From contig NC_057721.1 in assembly GCF_004010195.1 (NCBI RefSeq), positions 49,727,266 through 49,776,412 of the forward strand: 49,147 nucleotides of DNA. The letters run 5' to 3'. A program made the position numbers and the translations under genes. This DNA comes from Chiloscyllium plagiosum (lineage: Eukaryota). This document shows positions 22,428 to 35,490 of this stretch, in pieces. The notes beneath the pieces are model-generated. The model did no database searches and was not told the origin of the DNA. It was given only the letters and a program-made list of their open reading frames with translations. How positions within the stretch are numbered: position 1 is the first letter of the stretch; the number at the start of each line of letters is the position of its first letter.

Positions 22428-25319
22428 GCAACGTACTTATTTAAACCACCAGTTACTTTTAGCTTGATGACAAATTCAGAATTCTCATGCCAATTCTTTC
22501 TTTAAAAATGTGAGCAGACCTGGGCAGTGGTGGAGAAGTGCATGATAGAAATCTAAAATAGACAAATATCCAGTGCTCAGAATTTTGCCTGTGGTTGGGT
22601 AAAGGCAGAATTTGGTTGAATTTCTGGTGAGGGATTGTAATTTAGTTGCACTGACTTTTCTCTCAATCCACTGGATGGACAGTTCTGACAAGAGAGAACA
22701 TGTTCTGTCTGCCCCACTCAACACCAAGTCAAGAAGAGTTGCAGCTCTCCCACTCTGGGCTTAGTGAAGGCGCAAAGATCGCAAAGCTCAATGGTAACTG
22801 ATGACTGGGTTATCGAAAGGCCCTGAGAATCCAGAGAATAAATACCAAAATATTTTGATTCTGTCCACCCGGATTCTGTGATTCTTCCTCTTGGGGCAAC
22901 AGGGAACTACAGCCACCTCATCCAGCTGCATCATAGTGATGAATGACCCTAAAAGACTCTATTCTTGGCTTTGGAGCTGGGGCACTGCAGAGCCATGGTG
23001 ATGAACAGAATTTCTATTCTACTACACTTCTGGCAGTGTCATTAGTCCAGGCTCCAGATTCCAGATCTTCTGTTTAAAAAGGTTTCCGTGGGAAACCAAA
23101 GGACAGCGTCCCATTTGGGATGACTGCAGTTGAATTTGTGAAGATGGATCGGTTTTGTATCTTCTTTTCACTGCAGACAGTGTTTTCCTGACAAGAACCT
23201 AACATAAGATGGTACAGAAACTCTTGATACCATATGATAGTCCCATTTTTTTGTGGGCTAATTGAAATGTTATCAATAGTGATGAAGTAAAATTGTTGAC
23301 ACAGCAACACAATCCATCCACCAAATTATTTATTTTCTATCAGCTGAATGCCTAGGTTCAAATTTGTTTTGAAAAACTACAAATGTACGTTTAAGTGAAA
23401 AAAAAAGAACAATATCTTGTTCTTTACTTGCTGGTTATTTTAATATTGAGTGTTTTAATTTGATTGGGCATTGAGGATGCTGTTTTTGGGGTTTTTTCTT
23501 GTCAGTTTTCCATAGTGTCTCAACTATAGTTGTGTAAATAAATATTCTATTTCCTCTGTAGAAAATAACTGAGCAACAGATTACAAATTTAAAAATACAA
23601 GTCAAATTAATATATACTCCTGTAATATCAATAGTTGTTTGTTTGATATAAAGACATTTTATTTGGCTTCAACTTATTCTCAACCACTGTAATACTGTTA
23701 AGAAAACAGTAAAATAGTAGCCTTTTTATGATTGTGTTTGCTGCAGTTTTCAATTATGTGCACCATGACTCTAAGTGAGAGTCAGATTTGTAACCGAATA
23801 TGAATTATGTCCATTTTTAAACTTGGTCACCACAACGCCATTGTTGAGGGTCAAGATGTATGCACTGCTGTAAAAGCAGATGCGTGGAATGGTTGCTTTG
23901 CAAACTAGGTGGGTGCCTCAGTCTTTCAACCAGCTCTGCACTTAGGTGGTAGATGAAACTATGATAAGATGCAGAGCACCATTACTGCACAGGAAATCCA
24001 CAAGCTTAGAGGTAGTTCCGCTCATATAAACTTGCCGCAATGAGATGCTTTTGAAAGTTCTTTTAGACCACACTGAAAACATACTGCAAACAGCGAGCAA
24101 TGCAGTATGCCACAAGGAAGATGAAGTTCACACAGTTTCAAAGCATTTTGTGATAAAACTGAGTGAAATTCAGATGGAATAGGTGGTTATAGATATTGGA
24201 ACTAGAATGTTGATAAGGTGACTTTCTGATTCTGTTAAAATGTGGATTGAAGGAAGGTAGAACTGAAAAGTATCTACCGTTATCTATCGTTAACAACTCT
24301 TTAAAAACTGATTTTGTCTAAAAAAAAGTTAAATTCAGGTCAAATAATTAAAAGATTAGGCTGGAAACTAAATTAGACTTGGAGGAAATATTAGCAATGG
24401 GATGGGAATTGACAAGATGCATGATTAAGAAAGTGGTTGATGACTGCAGTTTTCACATAATCCACATTCATGCCCAAGTAAAGGGACACCAGTAACATTG
24501 CAATTAACATGGGACCAGGATGAGGAATTGAAGTGTCTCCAACTGAATGGGAGCAGAACTAAGGGATTAAGGTTAGGGAGAGAGGGGAGGTTGGGCCATT
24601 ATAGACAGTGTGTCTGGCTGAATGGGAAGGGAATGATGGATTGTCAAAGTGAGCGAAGCGGCTACACAGTTGGAAGAAATTCAAAAGCATTTTAAACTTG
24701 ATACTGGAGTTGAATTGGAGGAGTACAATGGAGTGTAAGGGATATGAGAAGGTGGTAAGTCTTCAGTTTAAAGTGGAAAAGTATAGGCTAAGGAATTTGA
24801 GAAGGTAGTAAATCTTCAGTTTGCCCATGCCCTTGAAAAATGGCCGTGGAGTAGAGCAGGATATAGCAGAAGATTTTTGGAGATAAGTCCTTTCTAAAGC
24901 AGTTAGAATCTTCATGGTAACCTCAGCAAATGTGGGAAGGACTCGCCTTTGTAACCTCATCCCTCTCCTGATATGTGGTGACTCTCAGGTTAAACCAATC
25001 TCTCTTGAATCAGAGATCAACCCTATGGTCCACTCGGACTATGACTGGGCTGACTGTCACACAAAGAGCTACTCAAAGAATTTCCCGGTAATACATACTG
25101 AAACCAATATTTCAGGGGAGGATCCAAAAGCATTCTGGCAGATAATGAAGAAATTTACCACAGAAACAGCTCAAGAAAAACCAAGGAACTGTGAATTTTC
25201 AATAATTGTACATTAGTTAAGTCTGAATGCAGCCAACAAAGCAACTACTCAACATCAAACTTGGGTTAAAAAGTTACAGTTAAGACCAACCAAAGGAAAC
25301 TAAACTATATTTTATTTTT

Positions 25320-25325
25320 ATGTGT

Positions 25326-25364
<39 letters not shown>

Positions 25365-25366
25365 TG
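25320..25366. repeat. (TG)n microsatellite, interrupted
   Basis: Direct reading of the sequence. Confidence 0.97.
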
Positions 25367-25719
25367 AATTTAAACGCCATATACTTGATGTTTTATTATT
25401 TTCCTTGAGTTTAACAGCTAAATTTGTTCTGTCTTGTGACTGAAGAAATTGTTGTTCATTGGCTTCTAATGGTTTCCAGAAAATAAATAATTCACAAAGA
25501 AAACCAAAGAACTGTGGTGGGAAAGTTCTGCAGGTCAGGCCGCATCTGTGGAGAGAAAGCACAGTTAACGTTTTGGGTCCAGTGACCTTTCTTCAGAACC
25601 CAGTTAACGACATTTTAGTTGGAGAGAGATATATTGTCTTCTAAAAAACAGCCTTTGTCGTGCCCAATGGAAGAAATTGAACAAAAGGGAGCCAATTAAC
25701 CCCTTCTCATCTGGTCATG

Positions 25720-27065
25720 GTACTTTCCAGACATGGTAACTGCTGAATTCTAAAATGGCAAATGGAGCTATGTTGTTCAAGAAAGGATAGACAGAGAAAC
25801 CTGAGAACTGCAGGCCACTTAGCCTGATATCTATTATTGAGAAAATGCTGGAATCTTGTTGTTAAGGAAGTCTTACTAATACACTTAAAAATATCAGACA
25901 AAACCAACATGGTTTTATAAAGTGACTATCACCCTCTGCTTCCTGCCACTCCACCAATTCTGGATTCAATATGCCACATTTCCTTGGATCTCATTGGCTC
26001 CTACCTTCACTATCAGACTCCCATTCAGATTTTATCTAAAGTTTTGCTGAAGTCCAATTAGATTACATCGAAAGTATTAACCTCATCTGTATGCCATTTA
26101 TTTTATTTGTTACCTCTTCGAAGAACTCAAATCAAGTTGATCAGACAAAACCTCCCCTTAACAAAACCCTGCTGACTGTTCTTGATTAATCCTTGTGTCT
26201 CCATGTGCAGATTAATTTTGTCCCTTGAATTGTTTCCATTGTTTCCCCACCACCAAAGTTAGACTGACTGGCCCATAGTTTCATGATTTATCCCTTGCTC
26301 CTTGCTAGAATAATTGCACCATATAGTGTTTTTTGAGGATGGTATTAGTAGATATAATACATTTGGATAGCTAAAAAGTCACTTGATAAGATGTCACACA
26401 GAAAGGCAATATGCAAGACAAGGCTGCTGGAGTTTTGGCGATAAATTAGCTTTACAGAGAGGATTGGTTAATAGTCAAAAACAGAAGAAAGGGATAAATG
26501 AGGCCTTCAAGTTGGCAGGCTGTAACAAGCGGATCAATGCTGGGGACTCAGTTATTCACATTCCATTTTTATAACCTAGGCAAAGAGGCCAAGGTGATAT
26601 ACCCAAGTTTGTTGATGATACAAAGTGAAGTGAGAATGCAAGCTGTGAGCAGGCCACAAAGAGTGAGAGAGAGGACGTGAGGTGAATGAACAGCAAGGTG
26701 ACAAAGGGAAAAGCTGTTGGAGTCTGAGTAAATTGGCTCCATATTCTGTGGAGTTTAGAAGAACAAGAAGTGATGTCATTGGAACCCTTGCTGGGAAATC
26801 TAGAACCTGGGGGTACAATCTTGGGTTTAGTGAGTTATTTAGTTCAAAAGCATTAAACGCTGGCATTATTAGTGATACCCATGTCTATGAAAGACTAAAT
26901 GAAAAGTAGTTAAAGAAGATAGAGACTTTTGATCTCTCAATAAATTGAGCGATATGAGGAACAGGCTGGAAAATGCAGCTGAGAGAAACAATCAACATGA
27001 TCGTATTGAATGATGGATAGTGTTGAGAGGCCACTAGGATTACTACAGTTTCTGATATTCTTATA
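25720..27065. mobile_element. Block of decayed CR1 RT fragments in both orientations
   Basis: + strand LFKKG...KPENCRPLSL.S..EKMLE at ~25770-25860; minus-strand RT piece at ~26010-26320; further + strand pieces to 27065. Confidence 0.7.
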
Positions 27066-27632
27066 TTCAATCTAGCTCTCGTTTGACTTGCGTTACATCA
27101 GCGTTATCTGCAATGTCATTTCTCGGATGGATTTTTTTTCAAAGCCACTAAATTTCTCAATATAATTGGCAGTTCTCATTATTTTACAATTCTGTATATA
27201 CTATTTTGGAGGAAGATATTTTCAGAGGCAATCTTCTTTCTGGATGTTAATCTTTTTAAATGGTGAGATGTCTCCATTTAGACAGTAGCTGGGATCATGC
27301 AAATGTTTTAAGGTTGAGTCATGTACAATCACATCATAGTCCTATCAATCTTCCATTACAACAAGCTTCAGGGAGGACTAACAGTGAAGCTTTGAATAAT
27401 TGTATTTGTCATTTCCTAAGTCTCTTGGTCAACATTTGCAACAGTAAGGCTGCAAAATGACTTAGATTGAGGTCTGAAGATTGAAGGTTATAGAATTTTT
27501 AGAAAGGACATGAAGCTAGGAAAAAGTGGAAGACTGACTCTGTTAATTAATGATAACATTGGCACAATAGCCAGGGATAACCTAAATCCAGGAAACTGCG
27601 ATTTGGAAATGGTTTGGCTACAAACACAGCAA

Positions 27633-28021
27633 TATTGTTGATTCTTAATTACCCTTGGGGCAATTAAGGATAGGAATAAATGAAAGCCAAGGCAACAATG
27701 CCCACATTCCATGAACAGTTTACTAAAGAAAAGGATAACGTGGGAAAATGTGAAACCATCCATTTTGAGAGGAGTAATAAAATATGTTACCTAGATGGTG
27801 AAAGATTGTAAAGCTCTGACATGCAGAGGCATCTAGTGTGCTTATGTATGAGTTGCAAAAGCTAGTATACTAACAGGGCAAGGAATTGGGAAAGCTATTG
27901 TTGATTCTTAATTACCCTTGGGGCAATTAAGGATAGGAATAAATGAAAGCCAAGGCAACAATGCCCACATTCCATGAGTTGCAAAAGCTAGTATACTAAC
28001 AGGGCAAGGAATTGGGAAAGC
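27633..28021 (+). repeat. Interleaved exact duplications A..B-A'-B'
   Basis: 82-bp A at 27633-27714 and 27896-27977; 48-bp B at 27848-27895 and 27974-28021. Confidence 0.92.
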
Positions 28022-28269
28022 CATTAGAATGTTCTCAAACATTGCAAACTGAATTGAATAGAAAAGTAGGTGATTATTCAGGTATACAGGTGAGACCATA
28101 TCTGAAGTCTAATGTGCAGTATTGGTCACCTAGTTTAACTGCATTTGAATTAGTTGAAACAATGGAAAAGGACAATATAGGTATTGACATCAGCCTGGAG
28201 GACTGAGATATTAGAAAATAATAAATTAAAAAAGACACTAAGATAGAGAGAAAATACTAACAGGTTTAG

Positions 28270-29650
28270 CAGCCTTTAAAGTGACGAAATCCTCAGGTGA
28301 GATATATCCTAGACTGTTGAGGCAAGAGATGTCAGGGACCCTTGCAGTAGTTTTCAAATCATCCCTAGTAACAGGTGAGGTGCTAGAGGAGTGGTGGACT
28401 GCTAATGTTGGCCCATTAATAAAATCAAGGAGGGGATAGACCAGGAGCTTACAAGACAGTCAATCTGTGGTGGGGAAGTAATTAGAACTAATTCTGACAG
28501 ATTATATCTGCAGTTGAAAAGATGAGGATTAACCAAGGATAGTCAGCATGGATTGTTATGAGGAAATTGTGTTTGGAAAATTTGTTCGAATTTTTTGAGG
28601 TGGTAAGTGGGAGCATTGACAAGGATAATGCATTTTATGTGATCCTCATGGGCCTTAGCAAAGCTTTTGATAAAGTTTCTCATGGCAGACCAGTCAAGAA
28701 ATAAGAGCCCAAGGATCCAAGACAAACTGTCATGTTGGATGCTAAATTGGTTGAGAGGCAGGAAGCAGACAGTAATGAGAAAGAAATGTTTCTGTGACTG
28801 GAAGTCTGTTAATAGTGGGGTTCTGCAGAGCTCAGTGCTAGACCCTAGCTGTTTGTGGTGTACTTTAATAGCCTGGACTTAAATATAGGGAGGATGATCA
28901 AGATATTCAGACAGCAACTAAGGGGGCCTCTTAGAGGTGTATCAGACTGAGGGTTATAGACAGGGTGATCAGTGATGCATTTTTTCAATTAATGGAGAGG
29001 TAAATAACCAATATGGCATAGCAAGTACTGTATAAGGCTAAGAGGAGAATATTTTTTTCACTGAGGGAGTGAAATTCACTTTTTGAAAGAGATGTTGAAT
29101 TATGATCTCTGATAACATTTAAGCAGTATTTATGTGTTCACTTGTCATAGTCTCCAGGGTTATGAGCGAAGAACTGGAAAATGACATTAGTGTAGTCAGA
29201 TCGTTGCCTGATGTAGATATAATGGGCCGAATGGCCTCCTTCTGTGTCTATCAGTCAAAATTTTACCAGACCAGGACATGGAATGGATAGGATGAGCTTG
29301 TATCCATTGGAGCATTAAACAGAAGCAGTGACACTACTGAATCATGTAAGATCCTGAGGTATTGTGATGGGGTGGGTTTGGAGAGGATGTTTCCTCTTTA
29401 ACAGAAACTCGAATTAGGGCTTACTGTTTTAAAATGAGGAGTCATTTATTTGAATCAGACACTACTCTTTGGAACTCAAAATACAATGGGAGCAGAATCT
29501 TTCAATTTTTTTCGCAGAGATGGATAAATTCTTGGGAAAACCGAGAGTGATGGGTTATCAGGTTTAGATAGGAATGGGGATTTGAGGTAAATAGCAGCCA
29601 TGACTTTATTAAATAGCAAAGAGAGCAGTGAATGACCTACTTCTGTATGT
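28270..29650 (+). mobile_element. Decayed CR1 ORF2 fragments and 3' ends
   Basis: EEWWTANV, SQHGL, SKAFDKVSH, WMLNWLRGRKQ, SGVLQSSVL motifs with stops and frameshifts. Confidence 0.8.
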
Positions 29651-29889
29651 TTGGATGTAATGAAGTGTGAACATTAAATATCTTTTTACTTCATCAGTTC
29701 TTGAACTGGGACATTATTACAAATAGAATCCACCAATCTATTTAGAACTTCACTTCCATGGTCTGTTAGACACCCAATTTCAACTGATTGTCATATTTCT
29801 GCTGCTTTTGGTAAGTAATGCAGATTATGCTGTGCGGATTCAATTGAAAACCTGACACAGGTTTATGTAACAGTTTAGACTACAACTCA

Positions 29890-30212
29890 GGGCAGCACAG
29901 TGGCTCAGTAGTTAGCACTGTTGCCTCACAGCGCCAGGGACCCGGGTTTGATTCCCACCTCGGGCGATTGTCTGTGTGGAGTTTGCACGGTCGCCCTGTG
30001 TCTGTGTGGGTTTACTTCGGGTGCTCTGGTTTCCTCCCACATTCCAAAAGATGTGCAGGCCAGATGAATTGGCCATGCTAAACTGCCTAAAGTGTTAGGC
30101 ACACTTGCCAGGGGTAAGTGTAGGGAAATTAATGTGGGTGGTTACTCTTCGGAGGGTCAGTGTGGACTTGTTGGACTGAAGGGCCTGTTTCCATGCTGTT
30201 GGTAATCTAGTC
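29890..30212 (+). mobile_element. HE1-type SINE
   Basis: gggcagcacagtggctcagtagttagcactg head with A/B-box-like motifs; tail ttggactgaagggcctgtttcc. Confidence 0.92.
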
Positions 30213-31668
30213 TTGCCACGACTGATAACTTACGCATCCACCTAGCATTCTTCTGCTGGACTGCATATAGCAGGTAGTTTCAACCTGATCCCTGGCTCAT
30301 TAGCATATTCAACTCTTAAAGTAACACACTTTGTAAAACCAATAACACACATTGACCATTCTCAAAAATGGAGTGGTAAAATCCACACATTAGGGTCAAT
30401 TCTTCCTGCAAAAGAATAGCAGAGTGAAATTCCTATGTGACACCCCAATGGTTATTATCATGTCACTTTTTGGCCTACTCCCTCCTAGAACAGAAACTCC
30501 CCAGCTCATTCAATCATCCTTGATGGTTAACTGGTTCCTTTCTTAAGAAATTGTATTTCAGTTAGTAATGGGTTAATTATAAACACCCTATCTTTGAAGT
30601 AGTTTTTCTAATCTCTCTATGCAACTGAAGGCTCAAATACCTTAGGAATAGAATTATAACAGTGTAGCCCTGTATTCCTGAACCATATCACCTTCAAGCA
30701 AAACTCAGCATAGGGATCATTGACTCATTGATTTTGCCCTGTATTTTGTAAAAACAGAAGGTAGATTGAATAGGGCAGATACATTCCACTACTACCAATT
30801 TCAAGAAGTGTAATATCTGAACAAAATCTTTTTTACCCAATTTGGCAGACAGATATTTTGGTGCAAAATTATTTAAGTACCTGATAATTCAATCTCGAAA
30901 ACATTTTCCGTATGTTCTTCAAAAGCAACTAAATTGACAGGGTATAAATTATTCAAAACCTGAAGGAATCATCATTTTAAAAGATTCTTGAGCAGAATTC
31001 GAGATCGAAGGCGATTTTAACAAAATAAATTTGGTGGTCCTCCTTTGAATTATATGCATGTAAGAATCGGAATGAAAGATTTATTTGGGCCATTAATGTC
31101 ACTTTTCATTTTGGATACTTTAAAGAAGGTCATCCAAATCCCATACATTTAAATTGGATGACAACAATTTTGATTTTCCCTCTCAGGATTTTCCCTCTTC
31201 AAACCAGTGCTTCCTATGGGACTCATCTCCTGAAACAAACACTCATCTCCTCAAACCAAGAATTCTGCCTCCCAAGAGTTAATAGTCACAATTGAAGTTA
31301 TCCAAGTGAGCTGCAGAATATTCCCCAACTCCAGAAAAGTTAAGGATTATGTGAAGAGCTTCCCAAGTTTCTATTCCAAGAGAACAAAACCCTAAAGTAA
31401 AATGATGCTCCAAGTACTGGCCTCTGGTCCAACAATCAGATCCTGTTCAGCTGCAAGATCTAGCTTTGCACCATTGAGCAAGGAATTAATGCACCTCAAT
31501 ACATTCCACCCTCAAATAATGAACAAAGGAATACAGCTCGAATATATGTGAACTTCAGATGGGTGGATTCATGTACACCAATGTGTAGCACTGTGAAGTC
31601 GAATACTGGCACTGATTCCCAGCAGACCTTGCACCAAGCCACTAGATTTTACTTTCCTTGAATACAAA

Positions 31669-31712
31669 TGCCATCCCCTATTTCTTACATTGCCATCCCC
31701 TATTTCTTACAT
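31669..31712 (+). repeat. 22-bp perfect tandem duplication
   Basis: tgccatcccctatttcttacat x2. Confidence 0.9.
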
Positions 31713-32575
31713 TCTTACTATTTTTCCCAAACCCCCAACCCCATGTGCCCCCATTTTAATGTTTGAAACTTTGTGATCCTTCAGTGAGAACCTAGAGAAT
31801 GGGTTGGGGGTGCAGGGCCAGTGACTGGGTTATGACAGCTGTCTTAGAACTCTACATCAGCTATTCTGTCCAAGTGCTTAGGACCCCAACATTTCAGATT
31901 ATCACCCCATTTGGGGTTCCAACACCCACTTTGGGAAACAATGTTTTACCCATTCTTTCTCTTCTTTGCAACCTCACTGTTTGTGAATCAAGACTCTTCA
32001 GAGATTGTCACACTCTACCCCAATTATTGATAGTACCCCAAAACTGCAGAATTTCACATCTTCCTAAGCCCCTTCATCCTATAGTGTTGGTTTTCTGAAA
32101 TCATTAGAAGTTAAATGTGTATTTCCAGTTGTACTATGCAAAACACTGTAACCTGTTTAAACATAATGATAAGTAGCACAATAAACCCAAGATAACCCAT
32201 TTTAGATATTACTTGAAATATAAATGTTAGCTAAAGCAAGAAAATCTTCCTTCCTCAACAGACATTTGGGATGCTTTACAATCATCTGAGGTGAAAATCA
32301 TGATCTCAGTTTAACGTCTCATCTGGAAGACCCTCTCTGGTAGCATAATGTTCTCTCAGTATTTTGCTGAGGTGATTGCCTTAATTATGTTCAATGAATT
32401 CCTAATATTTATACTGCTCCATTTTACTTCAGAATTACAATGTTTCCTAGAATTATTCAATTTATTGGAAGATTAACCCCTCACTCTGTCATTGAGAGCT
32501 ATAAATGAGAAGGAAAATGTTTATGAATAGATAGTTTGGGAAATTATTTTAGGAGAAGGACAACTACTACACTGT

Positions 32576-32890
32576 GGGCGGCACAGTGGCACAGTGGTTA
32601 GCACTGCTGCCTCACAGCGCCAGAGACCCAGGTTCAATTACCGCCTCAGGCGACTGACTGTGTGGAGTTTGCACGTTCTCCCCATGTCTGCTTGGGTTTC
32701 CTCTGGGTGCTCCGGTTTCCTCCCACAGTCCAAAGATGTGCAGGGTCAGGTGAATTGGCCATACTAAATTGCCCGTAGTGTTAGGTAAGGGGTAAATGTA
32801 GGGGTATGGGTGGGTTTCGCTTCGGCGGGTCGGTGTGGACTTGTTGGGACGAAGGGCCTGTTTCCACACTGTAATGTAATCTAATCTAAT
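32576..32890 (+). mobile_element. HE1-type SINE, full length
   Basis: gggcggcacagtggcacagtggttagc (A box), ggttcaattacc (B box), conserved core, LINE-like tail and (taatc)n end. Confidence 0.93.
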
Positions 32891-33149
32891 ACAATGATAA
32901 TGGAAAAATCATGCAAACATGAATTTTTGGGGAATGTAAATTGACAGGATGGCTGCTTAAGAAAGAAGGGAGTGTGTATACATGCTGAATTTTGGGCTGC
33001 TATCCAAGTGGACAAATGAAAATTGAGATAAATAGATACAAATAATGCCATAGAATATATCAAGCAAGTTCTCTCACGCTGTAATAAACTGGAGCCAATT
33101 CCATTGATAACTAGACTTACCACTATCTTCCTGGAGTAGAAACAATGGA

Positions 33150-35490
33150 AATATCATGGAAAAACATTTCCATCAATGGAAAAAGATGAGTTGATTTGGA
33201 AGAGTCTGCAGCTTTTTGAAGAAGTAACAGAAAACATCGAGGGTATCTTTGTTGACATTTTAAACATGAATTTTTAGAAGGCATTTGACACACAACAGAC
33301 TTATGACAATAGAGCTAGGTCATGGAATAAAAGGGACAATTGTAACCTGCATACAAATTTAACTGAAGGATAGGACACAGAAAGAATTTGTCAATGGAGT
33401 TTGTCTAGGCTGGAGGAAGATTGGAGTGGAATTCTCCAGGGGTCAATATTGGGACTCTTGTTTTTCCTGATATATAGTAATAATCAGGACATTTGTTTGC
33501 AGGGGACAATTTCAAAGTTTGTAGATGACACTAAACCTGGGAGAATTGTAAACTGTTAGGAGGACAGTGTGGAGCTTCAAAATACATTAAAGAGTACAAT
33601 GGAACCTTGATCAAATGGGCCAATTGGCCAAGGAGTGTCAGACAGACTTTAGTTTAAATAAATGTGAGACTTTGCATTTTGGAAAGGCAAAGCAGGGCAG
33701 GATTTATACACTTAATGGTAAGGCCCTGGGGAGGGTTGCTGAACAAAGACACTTTGGGATGCAGGTGTATGGTTCCTTGAACGTGGGGTCCCAGGTAGTC
33801 AAGGTGGTGAAGAAGGCATTTGCCCTCACTGGTCAGTGCATTGAGTGTATGAGTTGGGAAGTCATGTAGCAAATGTACAGGACATTACTGTGACCACTTT
33901 TAGAATACTGCGTTCAATTCTGGTCTCCCTGCTATAGGAAAGATTTTGTTAAACTTGAAAGGTTTCAGAAAAAAAGATTTATAAGGATCCTGCCTGTGTT
34001 GGAGGGTTTGACCAATAGGGAGAGGCTGGATAGTTTGGGGCCTTCTTTCTTGGAGCATAGGAAGCTGAGAGGTGGTAAAATCATGAGGGGCATGGGTAGG
34101 GTGAACAGCAATGTCTTTTTCCCAAGAAAAGGGTGGTTCAAAATGAGAGGGCATAGGTTTAAGGTGAGAGGGGAAGATTTAAAAGGGATCTAAAGGGCAA
34201 GTGTTTCATGCAGATGGTGGTGCGTGTATGCAGTGAGCTGCCAGAGGGAAGTGATGGAAGTGGGTACAATTACAACATTTAAACGGTATCTAGACGCATA
34301 CATGAATAGGAAGGATTTAGAGGGATATGGGCCAAGTGCTGTCAAATGCTGACTAGATCAGTTTACGATATCTCATCGGCATGGACGAGTTGGACAGAAT
34401 GTTCTGACTCCATGCTTTAAATTTCTATAGGAGAAAGGGAGGTCTGCAGATGCTGGAGATCAGAGCTGAAAATGTGTTGCTGGAAAAGCGCAGCAGGTCA
34501 GGCAGCATCCGGGCAACAGGAGAATCGACGTTTCGGGCATAAGCCTTCCTGAAGAAGGGCTTATGCCCGAAACGTCGATTCTCCTGTTCCCTGGATGCTG
34601 CCTGACCTGCTGCGCTTTTCCAGCAACACATTTTCAGCTCAGTTTAAATTTCTATACCTCTGTAAGTTATTGGAGTAAGTGGAGAGGTAGAGAGTGGACA
34701 GCAGCTGAGGTTCAGTGCAGTGAAGTATGAGGTGATGCACTTTGGCAAGAAAAACATTTAAAAAACAATATAAAAATCTAAAGAAGGTGCAGGAGCAGAG
34801 GGGCCTGGATCTATAATTGCACAAATCAGTGAAGGTAGCAGGGCAGGTGAAGAGCAGTGGATAAAACATACAGTGTTGGTGGCTTTATTAATAACAGCAT
34901 AGATTATAAGAGTAGGGAGATGATGTTGAACAAGATACTTGTTAGACCTCAGCTGGAATGTTGTGGGCAGTTGTCAGGGCTAGAATATGGGAAAGATTGA
35001 ATACATTGGAGAGAGTGAGGAAGTGATTTACAATAATGGTTCCAGGAATCAGAAATTTCAGTTATGAGGATGAATTGAAGAAGTTCAGATTGTTCTCTTT
35101 AGTGAGAAGAAAGCTGAGGGGAGATTTGATAAAGACTTTCCAAATCATGGGGAGTCTAAATAGAGTAGATAGGGAGAAAATGTCCCTGTTCATAAATATA
35201 TACCCTCAAATTCCTTTTTTTTCTTTTAAAGTGATATGTGAATGAAACAAGCGTGATGAGGAAAAAGCTTTTTCACACAACATATAGTTAGGGTATAGGA
35301 TGCACTGCCTGGAAGTGTCATGGAGACAGGTTCAATGGAGACATTCAAAAGAGCATTGGATGATTATTGGGATGGAAATGACATACAAGGAAATGGGGAA
35401 AAGGCAGGGGATTGGCACTGGGTAATAGAACTGGTGTAGGCACGATGGGCCAAATCTTCCTGCACCATAATCATTCTGTGATTCTGTAAT
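33150..35490 (+). mobile_element. Composite CR1 LINE relic (older RT region with a nested CR1 3' part at ~33600-34415)
   Basis: KAFD, QGSILG, SKFVDDTK, KCETLHFG, LEYCVQFWSP motifs; two separate 3' ends (~34410 and ~35485). Confidence 0.85.
34430..34642. mobile_element. Palindromic Penelope-derived insertion with 14-bp TSD
   Basis: Inverted arms; tttaaatttctata at 34416-34429 and 34643-34656; intact ctgaagaagggcttatgcccgaaacgtc core. Confidence 0.88.

Noticed and set aside
22168-22467. ORFs with CCWKSAAGQAASREQENRRFGHK on both strands (also 3670, 34425, 38163)
   Set aside because: Translations of the palindromic repeat arms, not genes.
29758-29816. Strong donor ttttg|gtaagt after a hydrophobic stretch, as CD247 exon 1
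   Set aside because: The hydrophobic frame ends in phase 0 and has no nearby ATG; the ATG at 29758 hits a stop after three codons; exon 2 needs phase 1.
30500-31650. Possible L1/Tx1 or DIRS remnant
   Set aside because: No diagnostic motif could be read with confidence.
32576-32650. tRNA gene
   Set aside because: The A/B boxes belong to the tRNA-derived head of the SINE; no complete cloverleaf is evident.
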